The position numbers and the translations under genes were made by a program. The notes under the pieces were generated by a model, which was not told the DNA's origin, made no database searches, and saw only the letters and a list, made by a program, of their open reading frames with translations. Shown in pieces: positions 19,327 through 27,914 of a DNA stretch of 64,000 nt (positions are counted from its first letter, which is position 1; each line of letters opens with the position of its first letter). The stretch comes from Candidatus Marinacidobacterium sp. (lineage in GTDB: Bacteria; Acidobacteriota; Vicinamibacteria; Marinacidobacterales; Marinacidobacteraceae), in contig OZ242011.1 of NCBI GenBank assembly GCA_965204755.1, positions 1,632,001 to 1,696,000 on the forward strand, in the 5' to 3' direction.

Positions 19327-22302
19327 ATGAACGAGAACGACACCGCGCTCGCCCGCGGCTACCTGTCGAACGCGATCCGTTCGGCCTTCAGTAACGACAA
19401 ACGCGCCATCGCCCTGGCCAAGTGGCTCCGCCGCTACGACGACGAACTGGAAGAAGACGGAATCGCCGACCTGCGGGCGCTGTGCGAGGCGCACCAGGAA
19501 TCCGCGGAGCAGGAATCCGAGCCGAAGGACGAGCCCCCGACGACCCTCTGGCGGCCTTCCGGCCCCGAGGCGCCTCTCGGCGAGGCGGCGAGGGCCCGAC
19601 ACCTGCTGTCCCGGGCGGACGCCGCGCTTCGAGCGGAGTCCGACGGCGCGTCGACCGACGAACACTTCCGGAACAGCCCGACGGCCCGGGCGGCCTCCCT
19701 GTTCGCCTCCCGCCTCGGCCTCGGCCCGGCGGCGGCCGCGGTGCTGCACCTGGGCCACCTGTATGTCGAGTGGAGCGCGGTCGAACACCTCTACGACCAC
19801 CTCCACGAAACGCGAAAGGACATGGCGGCCACCAGCGCGACGCTCCTCGGCGTCCGCCGGCGGGAAGTCACCGACGCGTTGCTCGCGCTGCTGGAGTTCG
19901 GCTTCGGCGACCGCAGTTACTGGTACTCGGACCGCGGCCTCGGGTCGTTCGCGAACGACATCGAAGCCATCTGGCAGCCTCCGGTACGGAACGACGCGGA
20001 ATTGCTGGAGCGCCTCGTGGGGCGTCCGTCCGAGCCTTCCCTCGATCTCGACGACTTCCCCCACCTGGACGCGCGGGACGACGCGGTCCGCCTCCTCGCC
20101 GGCGCGCTGCGGCAGTCCACGCCGGGCGTGAACATCCTGCTCCACGGACGCGCCGGGACCGGCAAGACCGAGTTCGCCAAGACGCTGGCCGCCGCGGCGG
20201 GAGGCCGCCTCTATTCCACCGGCGAGCCGGAGGCCGAAGGCGAATCCCGAGGCGGCAACCCGGGCATCGACCGGCGCAACGATCTCCGCCGGGCCGACCG
20301 CCTGCTCTGGACCGAAGGCGACGCCGTCCTCCTCTGCGACGAACTCGACGAGGTCTTCGACGCCGGCGAAAAGGGTTCCCGCGTGTCGCGGCTCCGCCTG
20401 CTGGAAGACAACCGCACGCCGACCATCTACACCGCGAACCGGATCGGCGACCTCGACGAAGCGGTCCTCCGCCGCTTCATGCTGATCGCGCGCTTCACCG
20501 CGCTTTCGCCCGGCCGCCGGACGGACATGAACCGCCGGATCCTGGCGGGCGCCGACCTTCCGAAAGTCGCCGACGCCGATGCGCTGGCGGCGCGCCTGTC
20601 CGACGAACTCGAAGCCGCGCCCGGAGTGCTGGCGCAGGCGATCCGGGTCACCGGCCTCACCGGGGGCGGGGACGACGAACTCTTCCGCCACGCCGAACGC
20701 ATCGAGCGCGCGATCTCCCGCAACCGGGCCCGCCCGCGGCTCGGCCCGCCGGTCGGGGCGAAACACCCGTGGTCGGCCTTCGCCCACCTCGGCAAGCACG
20801 CCCGGGATGTGCGCGACTCGCTGGCGGCCGCGGTCTTCGGCGGTGAAGACGGCGCCGGTTCCGGCGCCCGGGCGGAGCGCCGAACGGGCGTCAACCTGCT
20901 CTTCTACGGGCCTCCCGGCACCGGCAAGACCGAATTCGCGCGGACGCTCTGCGCCGAGATCGGCGCGCGGCTCTATTCCGTCGGCGAAAAGGAGTTCGGC
21001 CCCGACGCCCGCGCCGCCGCGGATCGCTTCGACAGTCTGGAGTACGCGCTCGAAGCGCTCGCCGACGAGCCGGGAACCGCGCTCCTCTTCGACGAGATGG
21101 AGGACCTGCCCGCGCTCATGCCCAAGCAGTGGCTGAACGGCGTGCTCGAAGCGAACCCGGTCCCCATCCTCTGGGCGGCCAACTCCACCGACTACTACCG
21201 GGAGGTCGAGCCGTTCTTCCTCGACCGGATGCTGCACGCCCTCGAGTTCCGCGCGGTTCCCGCCGTCCGGCGGAAGAAGATCTACGACCGCATCCTTTCG
21301 CGGCGCGGTCTCGCCGAGGAAGCGTCCGCGCAACTGGCCGGCGAGTTCGCCCGGATGCCCGATGTGACGCCGCGCCAGGTGACGCTCGCGTCCTCGTGGG
21401 CCGCGGTCCGCGACGGCGACGCCGACGGGATCCGTCGAAACCTCGCCCGGAAGCGCCGCCTCCGCCGCGGCGCCGCTCCGGCCGCGCCGCCTTCGCCGTC
21501 CCGCTACGACGCGAAACTCCTGCGCGCCGACTGCGACCTGGTGGAACTCGCCGACCGGATCGTGGCCGGCGGCCCCCGGCGCATGGGTCTGCTGTTCTCC
21601 GGGCCTCCCGGCGCCGGCAAGACCGCTTTCGTCCGCCACCTCGCGGAGCGCTGGGAGCGCGAGACGCTTTCCCGCCGCGCCTCCGACCTGCTCGGCCGGT
21701 ATGTCGGCGACAACGAGCGCAACCTCGCCCGCGCCTTCGAGGAAGCCCGCGACCTCGACGCGATCCTGGTGCTGGACGAGGCGGACTCCCTGCTCGCCGA
21801 CCGCCGGGGCGCCGACACGCACTGGCAGGTCGGACTGGTGAACGAACTCCTGAGCCAGATGGAGTCGCATCCGCTCCCCTTCGCCTGCACCACGAACCTC
21901 TCGGACGCGCTCGATCCGGCGTCGCTGCGGCGCTTCCTGTTCCGCGCGAAGTTCCGCTTCCTCGACGGCCCGCGCATCGCCCGCGCCTTCCGCCTGTTCT
22001 TCGACGCCGACGCTTCCCCCGAGGTGCGCGGCCTCCCCGGTCTCACCCCGGCGGACTTCGCGCTCGTCCGCGAACGCGCCGCGGTGCTGGACTTCCTCGA
22101 CGACGCCGACCGCATCACCGAGGAACTGCGCAAGGAGTCCGCCGTCAAGGAGCCCCGCCTCCCCCGCGCCGTCGGTTTCGCTCCGGTCGGCGACGGGAAG
22201 GACGCCGACCGCCCCGCCGCGCCCCGGACCGCGCCCCGGCCCGCGCCGCCGGCGCCGAGTCCCTGCCGGAAACGCGAACGCTCCCCCCGGAGTCCGCGAT
22301 GA
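19327..22302 (+). CDS. AAA+ ATPase with three tandem AAA modules
   Basis: Walker A: GRAGTGKT, GPPGTGKT, GPPGAGKT. Walker B: LLCDE, LLFDE, LVLDE. SRH: LDEAVLRRF and LDPASLRRF. Start inferred. Confidence 0.88.
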   Translation: MNENDTALARGYLSNAIRSAFSNDKRAIALAKWLRRYDDELEEDGIADLRALCEAHQESAEQESEPKDEPPTTLWRPSGPEAPLGEAARARHLLSRADAALRAESDGASTDEHFRNSPTARAASLFASRLGLGPAAAAVLHLGHLYVEWSAVEHLYDHLHETRKDMAATSATLLGVRRREVTDALLALLEFGFGDRSYWYSDRGLGSFANDIEAIWQPPVRNDAELLERLVGRPSEPSLDLDDFPHLDARDDAVRLLAGALRQSTPGVNILLHGRAGTGKTEFAKTLAAAAGGRLYSTGEPEAEGESRGGNPGIDRRNDLRRADRLLWTEGDAVLLCDELDEVFDAGEKGSRVSRLRLLEDNRTPTIYTANRIGDLDEAVLRRFMLIARFTALSPGRRTDMNRRILAGADLPKVADADALAARLSDELEAAPGVLAQAIRVTGLTGGGDDELFRHAERIERAISRNRARPRLGPPVGAKHPWSAFAHLGKHARDVRDSLAAAVFGGEDGAGSGARAERRTGVNLLFYGPPGTGKTEFARTLCAEIGARLYSVGEKEFGPDARAAADRFDSLEYALEALADEPGTALLFDEMEDLPALMPKQWLNGVLEANPVPILWAANSTDYYREVEPFFLDRMLHALEFRAVPAVRRKKIYDRILSRRGLAEEASAQLAGEFARMPDVTPRQVTLASSWAAVRDGDADGIRRNLARKRRLRRGAAPAAPPSPSRYDAKLLRADCDLVELADRIVAGGPRRMGLLFSGPPGAGKTAFVRHLAERWERETLSRRASDLLGRYVGDNERNLARAFEEARDLDAILVLDEADSLLADRRGADTHWQVGLVNELLSQMESHPLPFACTTNLSDALDPASLRRFLFRAKFRFLDGPRIARAFRLFFDADASPEVRGLPGLTPADFALVRERAAVLDFLDDADRITEELRKESAVKEPRLPRAVGFAPVGDGKDADRPAAPRTAPRPAPPAPSPCRKRERSPRSPR

Positions 22303-25300
22303 GGGTTCCCGACGGGTTGCTGGAGTCCGTCGTCGGTCTCGCCGCCGCGAGCGCCGGGAAGACCGGGCTACGCGCCGCCGTAAGCCGCGCGGCGATCGCC
22401 GGCCTGACCGCGGTCGGCCTTCCGTCGCGCCTGAGGGACCGGTACGGGGATACCGCGCTGTACCGCGCGGTCGATGCGAACCGGTCCCCGGAGACGCTGT
22501 CGGCGTTGCTCGCGGCCGGAGTGCCGGCGAACGCGCCCGAGGGGAGACGGGAAACGCCGCTGCATCGCGCGGCCAAGGACAACGCCGGGCCCGCCGTATT
22601 CGAAGTCCTGCTCCGGGCCGGAGCGGAGGTCGGCGCGACGGAGTGGGGCTCCGTGACGCCCCTCCACGACGCGGCGGCCCACTGTTCGGATCCGGCCGTC
22701 ATCGGGATCCTGCTGGCGGCGGGCGCGAAGGTCGATGCGAAGAGCCAGGAAGGGTTTCCGCTGCATCGGGCTGCCGGGAAGAACCCGAATCCCGCCGTCG
22801 TCGAGGCGCTGCTCGCCGCGGGTGCGGAGGTCAACGCGAAAAGTTGGAGGGAGAGGCCCCTGCATCGGGCAGCGGCGGACAACCCGAATCCCGCCGTCGT
22901 CGAGGCGCTGCTCGCCGCGGGTGCGGAGGTCAACGCGAAGAGTCGGAGGGGGACGCCTCTGCATCGGGCGGCGGCGGACAACCCGAATCCCGCCGTCATC
23001 GAGACGCTGCTCGCCGCCGGCGCGGAGGTCAACGCCACGCGCCGGGGAGAGACGCCTCTGCATCGGGCGGCCGCGCACAACCCGAATGCCGAGGTGATCG
23101 AAGTCCTCCTGGCGGCGGGAGCCGATACCGGCGCCCGCAGTGAGTACGGCCGAAACACGCCGCTCCATGAAGCCGCCGTCCACGGTCAGGACCTCGCCGT
23201 CATCGAGGCCCTCGTCGCCGGCGGCGCCGACCTCGACGCGACCGACGGTTTCGGACAGACGCCCCTGCACCGCTCCGCGTCGAGCGGTTCGCCGGAGGTG
23301 ATCGAGGCGCTCGTCGCCGCCGGCGCCGCCGTCGACTCCCGCGACCGCCTGGGGTGGACGCCGCTGCACACCGCGGCCTACGACAACTTCAACGCCGGAG
23401 TCGCGGAGATCCTCCTCAAGGCCGGCAGCGATCCGGAGGCCGGGGACCGGCGCGGCAGAACCCCGCTTCACCTGGCGGCCATGATCCGCCGTCCGCCGGC
23501 CTTGCCCTGCGCCCAAAGCGTGATACCCCGTCGCAAGGCGGTGAAGAACGCCCTCCTGGCCGCCGGCGCGGACACCGACGCGCGGGACAACGCCGACCGG
23601 CGCCCGTTCGACCGGAAGTCCGTAGAGCAGGAGATCCACCCCCCACGCGGGGAACGCGCGGACCGGACGCTGGTCGTCGGCGAATCGCAGGTCGCGGCGA
23701 TCGCGTTCGACGCTCCGGTCCGCGTGGAAGTGACGAACATCTCCGGATCCGTCGCCGTCGAGCCGTACCGCCGCCGCGGCGTCTTCCGCATCGTCGGCCG
23801 GAAACCCGGGCGCTCGGTCGTTCACTTCTTTCGAGGGGGCTGCTGGGGATCCGGCGAGTCGGCGGATGAGCCGGGCTCCCTGAGCGGTATCCGGCATACC
23901 CTCGGCAGTCGCTTCGGGCGGCGGCCGCGGTACGCGTTCACCTTGTCCTTCGAGGTGGTCTCGCCGCTCCTCGCGGCCGCCCGGAGGGATCCGAACCCGG
24001 AGGTCATCGCCGGACTGGTGGCCGCCGGGGAAGATCTGCGCGCATCCGACGAGCGCGGAAGGACGCTGCTCGACCTCGCCATCTCACGCGGGGGCGGAGC
24101 GCCGGGGGCGGTGGACGCGCTGCTCGACGCCGGCGTCGACGCCACTTGGACCAAGTTCGAGAACATGCCGCTGCACCGCGCCGCCCGCTACTCCACCCGG
24201 CCGGAAATCATCCGGTCACTCGTCTCCGCCGGCGCCGAAGTCGGCGCTCGCTGGCCGATCGTCAGCAAACACAACGAAACGCCGCTGCACTTCGCCGCCA
24301 GGCACAACCCGAACCCCGCGGTCATCGAGGAGTTGGCGGCGGCCGGGGCGAAGGTCGGGGCGCGCGCTCGGAACAAACGGACGCCGCTCCACCTCGCGGC
24401 GTCGCGGAACCCGAATCCGCAGGTCCTCCGGGCGCTCGCCAACCGGGGCGCGAAACTCGACGCCCGCGACCACCGGCGGCGGACGGCGCTGCGCCTCGCC
24501 GTCCTCCGCCGCGCGGAACCCGGAGTCCTCGCCGAGTTGCTGGCGGCGGGCGCCGACCCGAACGCCCGCGACGAGGACGGACGGACAGCGCTGCACCTCG
24601 CGGTTTCCCCGCCGCCGGAGGACGCGCGCTTCCCGCTGCCGGACGGCGAACGAATCCGGGAGACCGTCGGGATTCTCCTGCGCGCCGGCGCGGCCGTCGA
24701 CGCCCGGGACACGGGCGGCCGGTCGCCGCTCCACGACGCCGCGCGGGGTTCGCAGGATTCCCCGAGTTCAGCAGTCGGGATCGAGACGCTCGTGGATGCC
24801 GGCGCCGGCTTGGAGGATCGCGACCGCCACGGGCGCGCGCCGCTCCACCTGGCGGCGGCATACGGTTCGACGGCGCCCGTCGAAGCGCTCCTCCGCGCCG
24901 GCGCGGACCCGAATCGGCGCGACGACGGCGGCGAAACCGCGCTCCACGCCCTTGCCGCGCGGTGCGACGCGACGGCAGACGCCTTCGAGGCGCTCCTCGA
25001 CGCCGGCGGCCGGCGCGACCTCCGGAATCACCGGGGCGAAACCCCGGCCGAGCGCGGCGCGCTCCATCGGAACACGGCGGTCTTCGGGGCGCTTCACCCG
25101 GCGGCGGCGCTTCGAGACGCGGCGGCCGTAGAGGAGGCGAGGCGCTGGATCCGGCGCCACGCCAAACGATTGGGGCATTCTCGCGCCTTCTGCTCGAAGC
25201 GCCTCGGCGCCTGCGACGGGGTCATCCGGCCCCGACCGCTCGAAATCGTCCGAAGCGGCGAAGAGATTTCGCCCGAGGCCCGTCGACTGCTGGACGGTAT

Positions 25301-25787
25301 CGCCTGCCGCTGCGCCGGGCATCCGGCGGTGGGGAAGCGTTTCCTCAAGAAGGTCTGGATCTTCGAGCGGGTTCCTCCGCCGCCGGTCTTCCCTCCGCGC
25401 GGGCCGGCGCGAGATCCGATCTACCGGGGCGAGGAGGTCTTCTACGGACTGCGAAGCGGCCCCGCCGCGCGGCAGGCGATCCGCTGGCTCGACCGTCACG
25501 CGGAAGGTCTGCGGAGGCAGCCGTTCTTCTCGGGCCTTTCGTTCTCCGCGCGGGGGCCGGTGATGGCCCCGGACCTCTCGACCGTCGTCGAGCGTTGGGG
25601 CTTGTCCGATCCCTGGGAGGGGCTGACTTACCGGAGCCGGGAACTCCTCAAGCGTCTCCCGCGTCGGCGCGACGACCAGGTGTGGCCCCGTTTCGTGAGG
25701 ATCGCGAGGGTGTACCAGCGGACGAGCGTGGAGTTCTCCCGCAGCATGGCGGGGTCTTCGAGTCCGGATCGGGGAACGGCCCGATGA
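22299..25787 (+). CDS. Large ankyrin-repeat protein (~21 repeats) with an inserted beta domain and duplicated C-terminal domain
   Basis: Repeated TPLH.AA..N.NP.V.E.LLAAGA.VNA units. ATGA overlap with the AAA gene stop. Confidence 0.9.
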   Translation: MRVPDGLLESVVGLAAASAGKTGLRAAVSRAAIAGLTAVGLPSRLRDRYGDTALYRAVDANRSPETLSALLAAGVPANAPEGRRETPLHRAAKDNAGPAVFEVLLRAGAEVGATEWGSVTPLHDAAAHCSDPAVIGILLAAGAKVDAKSQEGFPLHRAAGKNPNPAVVEALLAAGAEVNAKSWRERPLHRAAADNPNPAVVEALLAAGAEVNAKSRRGTPLHRAAADNPNPAVIETLLAAGAEVNATRRGETPLHRAAAHNPNAEVIEVLLAAGADTGARSEYGRNTPLHEAAVHGQDLAVIEALVAGGADLDATDGFGQTPLHRSASSGSPEVIEALVAAGAAVDSRDRLGWTPLHTAAYDNFNAGVAEILLKAGSDPEAGDRRGRTPLHLAAMIRRPPALPCAQSVIPRRKAVKNALLAAGADTDARDNADRRPFDRKSVEQEIHPPRGERADRTLVVGESQVAAIAFDAPVRVEVTNISGSVAVEPYRRRGVFRIVGRKPGRSVVHFFRGGCWGSGESADEPGSLSGIRHTLGSRFGRRPRYAFTLSFEVVSPLLAAARRDPNPEVIAGLVAAGEDLRASDERGRTLLDLAISRGGGAPGAVDALLDAGVDATWTKFENMPLHRAARYSTRPEIIRSLVSAGAEVGARWPIVSKHNETPLHFAARHNPNPAVIEELAAAGAKVGARARNKRTPLHLAASRNPNPQVLRALANRGAKLDARDHRRRTALRLAVLRRAEPGVLAELLAAGADPNARDEDGRTALHLAVSPPPEDARFPLPDGERIRETVGILLRAGAAVDARDTGGRSPLHDAARGSQDSPSSAVGIETLVDAGAGLEDRDRHGRAPLHLAAAYGSTAPVEALLRAGADPNRRDDGGETALHALAARCDATADAFEALLDAGGRRDLRNHRGETPAERGALHRNTAVFGALHPAAALRDAAAVEEARRWIRRHAKRLGHSRAFCSKRLGACDGVIRPRPLEIVRSGEEISPEARRLLDGIACRCAGHPAVGKRFLKKVWIFERVPPPPVFPPRGPARDPIYRGEEVFYGLRSGPAARQAIRWLDRHAEGLRRQPFFSGLSFSARGPVMAPDLSTVVERWGLSDPWEGLTYRSRELLKRLPRRRDDQVWPRFVRIARVYQRTSVEFSRSMAGSSSPDRGTAR
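22761..23110 (+). repeat. Four 99-bp coding tandem repeats (recent ankyrin expansion)
   Basis: CTGCATCGGG recurs at 22761, 22860, 22959 and 23058 with near-identical intervening DNA. Confidence 0.9.
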
Positions 25788-26413
25788 CCTGGCTGCTGCT
25801 TCCGCTCGCTTTCGCCGCCGGAATGGCGCTCCGCCTGTGGTTGCTCCACCGGTGGGCGGAAGGCGCGCTGCGACACGAGTCCTTCTCCGAGGCCGTGTTC
25901 CAGCGTTGGCGGGGACGACCCATGGGAATGGTGTTCTCCGTGGCTTCGGGTTTCGCCGAGGAGAAGGAATTCGGCGTCCTGCTGGACGAGGTCCGCGAGA
26001 CCGTTCGCCTCTCGTCGGGTTCCCGACCGGATGAGAGGATCGGCGAGGAGATCGGCTCGTTGCTGCGCCTCCGGAGAATCGTCGAGGAGGCGATCTCGCC
26101 GAAGGGCGTCGAGGACGGAAGCCGCGGACCGCGCGCCGTGGAACTCGGCGACTCGCGGTCGGCCCTGCTGCTGCCGATCTACGCGGCCGCCCTGCCGCTG
26201 GTCGGGATCGCCATGGCCGGCGTTTGGATCTTCGCCCATGTGATGCCCACTTCCTGGATCGCCGGAAGGCTGGAGAAGAACTACGGCATCGACGCCTCGA
26301 AGGTCGTGGGTCAGGTCGGAGGCGTCACCCTCATGTTGGCCGACGACGACGACGAAGACGAAGCGGAAGAAGACGAGGACGAAGAGACGCCGGCCCCGGA
26401 GGACGACCGATGA
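25784..26413 (+). CDS. Hypothetical membrane protein with acidic C-terminal tail
   Basis: ATGA overlap. N-terminal TM MTWLLLPLAFAAGMALRLWLLHR, second TM LLLPIYAAALPLVGIAMAGVWIF, tail DDDDEDEAEEDEDEE. Confidence 0.75.
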   Translation: MTWLLLPLAFAAGMALRLWLLHRWAEGALRHESFSEAVFQRWRGRPMGMVFSVASGFAEEKEFGVLLDEVRETVRLSSGSRPDERIGEEIGSLLRLRRIVEEAISPKGVEDGSRGPRAVELGDSRSALLLPIYAAALPLVGIAMAGVWIFAHVMPTSWIAGRLEKNYGIDASKVVGQVGGVTLMLADDDDEDEAEEDEDEETPAPEDDR

Positions 26414-26709
26414 TCTGGTTCGCGCTTCCGGTGGCGTTCCTCCTGGGAATGGACTGTTGCCGGTGGCTCCTTCACCGCCGGGTGGGGCTGCGGTTGCGCG
26501 CCGCCGCCTCTTCCGGGGGCGCCGCCGCCGACGGAGGCTTCGCCGCGGCGTTCTGCGACCGCCTCGCCGCCGCCGGGCTCGTCGAGGACATCTCCGCCGT
26601 CGCGGGACTCAGGAATCGCGAAGGACGCGCCGAGAGGATCCGCGCCCTGCGCCGCTTCGAGGAGAACTCGAAGACCGATCGCGGGCCGGGCGCCCCGACG
26701 ACTCCGTAG
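26410..26709 (+). CDS. Small hypothetical membrane protein, N-terminus paralogous to the previous gene
   Basis: ATGA overlap. MIWFALPVAFLLGMDCCRWLLHRR. Confidence 0.65.
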   Translation: MIWFALPVAFLLGMDCCRWLLHRRVGLRLRAAASSGGAAADGGFAAAFCDRLAAAGLVEDISAVAGLRNREGRAERIRALRRFEENSKTDRGPGAPTTP

Positions 26710-26740
26710 CGGCGGGCGCCCCGTTCAGGCCGCCCGCCGC
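26709..26740. terminator. GC hairpin between convergent genes
   Basis: GCGGCGGGCG...CGCCCGCCGC 10-bp stem. No U-tract. Confidence 0.4.
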
Positions 26741-26747
26741 GGCGGGT

Positions 26748-27269
26748 TCACCGCGGGCGGGTCGAGCGGTCGGCCCGATCGCGGAGCGGGTATCGCCGGC
26801 GATACCCGGCCATGGCGATTCCCGCGGCGACGCTCACATTCAGGGAGTTGAACATCCACCTCATGGGGATGTGGGCGAAGGAACCGCACACGGCGCGGGC
26901 CTCCGGGGACAACTCCCGCTCCGAACCCAGGACCAGGGCGGCTTTCTCCGGGAGGTCGAATACCGTCGGGCAGTCCGGGTTCGGGTCGAGGCCGATGACC
27001 TGCCAACCCTTCTCCTTCAGGGAGACCAGGTCCGCCAGGAGGCGGTCACTCGTCTCCACCGGATGATGGGTGAGCGCCCCGGCGGCGCACTTCCGCACGA
27101 CTTTCACGAACCTCCCGTCCCTCGAGAACAGGTCGGCCGCGGCGAGGACCCGGAAGTCGAAAGCGGCGGCGGACCGAAGGATGGCGCCCAGGTTGCCGGG
27201 CTGGCGAATCTCGGGCACGACGAGGATCGGATCCTCCGGTCGGTCGGGCGTCGAAAGGTGCGGGGCCAT
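26748..27269 (-). CDS. TrmH/SpoU family RNA methyltransferase (catalytic domain)
   Basis: PGNLGAILRSA, LVLGSE, HIPM...SLNVSVAAGI. Start uncertain. Confidence 0.85.
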   Translation of the reverse strand: MAPHLSTPDRPEDPILVVPEIRQPGNLGAILRSAAAFDFRVLAAADLFSRDGRFVKVVRKCAAGALTHHPVETSDRLLADLVSLKEKGWQVIGLDPNPDCPTVFDLPEKAALVLGSERELSPEARAVCGSFAHIPMRWMFNSLNVSVAAGIAMAGYRRRYPLRDRADRSTRPR

Positions 27270-27492
27270 CTGCGAGACCGAAGACCGTACGGTCGAACCC
27301 CGCCCGCGGGCGGTTCCTTCACCGGAAGCGCCGGCTCGTTCATCGGACGGATATCGAGGCGGGAAGAACACCCGGCGTTCGCCCCGGAAGAGGACGACGA
27401 AGACCCTCTTCGGTGAACGGACGGGGGCGTCCCGTTGGTTTCCTCGGTATCCGCGTCGAGAGGCGGCAGAATCGCTCGCCCGGGAAAAACCA

Positions 27493-27855
27493 ATGACTTC
27501 CGAACTCACGACCATCGGCCGCCTCCGACGATTCTTCGTCCGGATGTTCGGATTCCAGGAGGTGCTCGAACTCGTCGGCCCGCGCTGCCCTCGGTGCTAC
27601 TCGATCGATCCGGATCACGCCGCGCACGGGGATGGCGACACCGAATGGTGGAAGTGTCGGCGGTGCCGCCATCGGTTCAGCGGCCCGGTAGGCCCGTGCT
27701 GGATGGGAGAAGAAAACCTCGGCCCGCGCTGCCCCGAATGTTTCGCTGCCGATCCGTTTCACTGGGTGAACGGGACCGACTGGACTTGCGAGAAATGCGG
27801 CCACAACTGGGATGAAGGCCCGACTCTGGACGCGTTTCTCCGACCCGACAGTTGA
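27493..27855 (+). CDS. Small protein with two tandem zinc ribbons
   Basis: GPRCPRC...WKCRRC and GPRCPEC...WTCEKC. Confidence 0.7.
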   Translation: MTSELTTIGRLRRFFVRMFGFQEVLELVGPRCPRCYSIDPDHAAHGDGDTEWWKCRRCRHRFSGPVGPCWMGEENLGPRCPECFAADPFHWVNGTDWTCEKCGHNWDEGPTLDAFLRPDS

Positions 27856-27914
27856 CCGGGTGTCGTTCTCCGGAAATCCGGAAACGAAGTCTGCGTTACC
27901 CGCTCCGGGCGCAC

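Noticed and set aside
15348-19394. 1348-aa plus-strand ORF (and similar ORFs at 19117-21870, 29519-32767, 34177-36690, 58489-61680)
   Set aside because: Antisense or shadow ORFs of well-supported genes, expected at high GC, with no motifs of their own.
21129-22298. Extra 390 aa at the N-terminus of the ankyrin ORF
   Set aside because: Arg/Pro-rich off-frame shadow of the AAA gene. The real start is the ATGA overlap at 22299.
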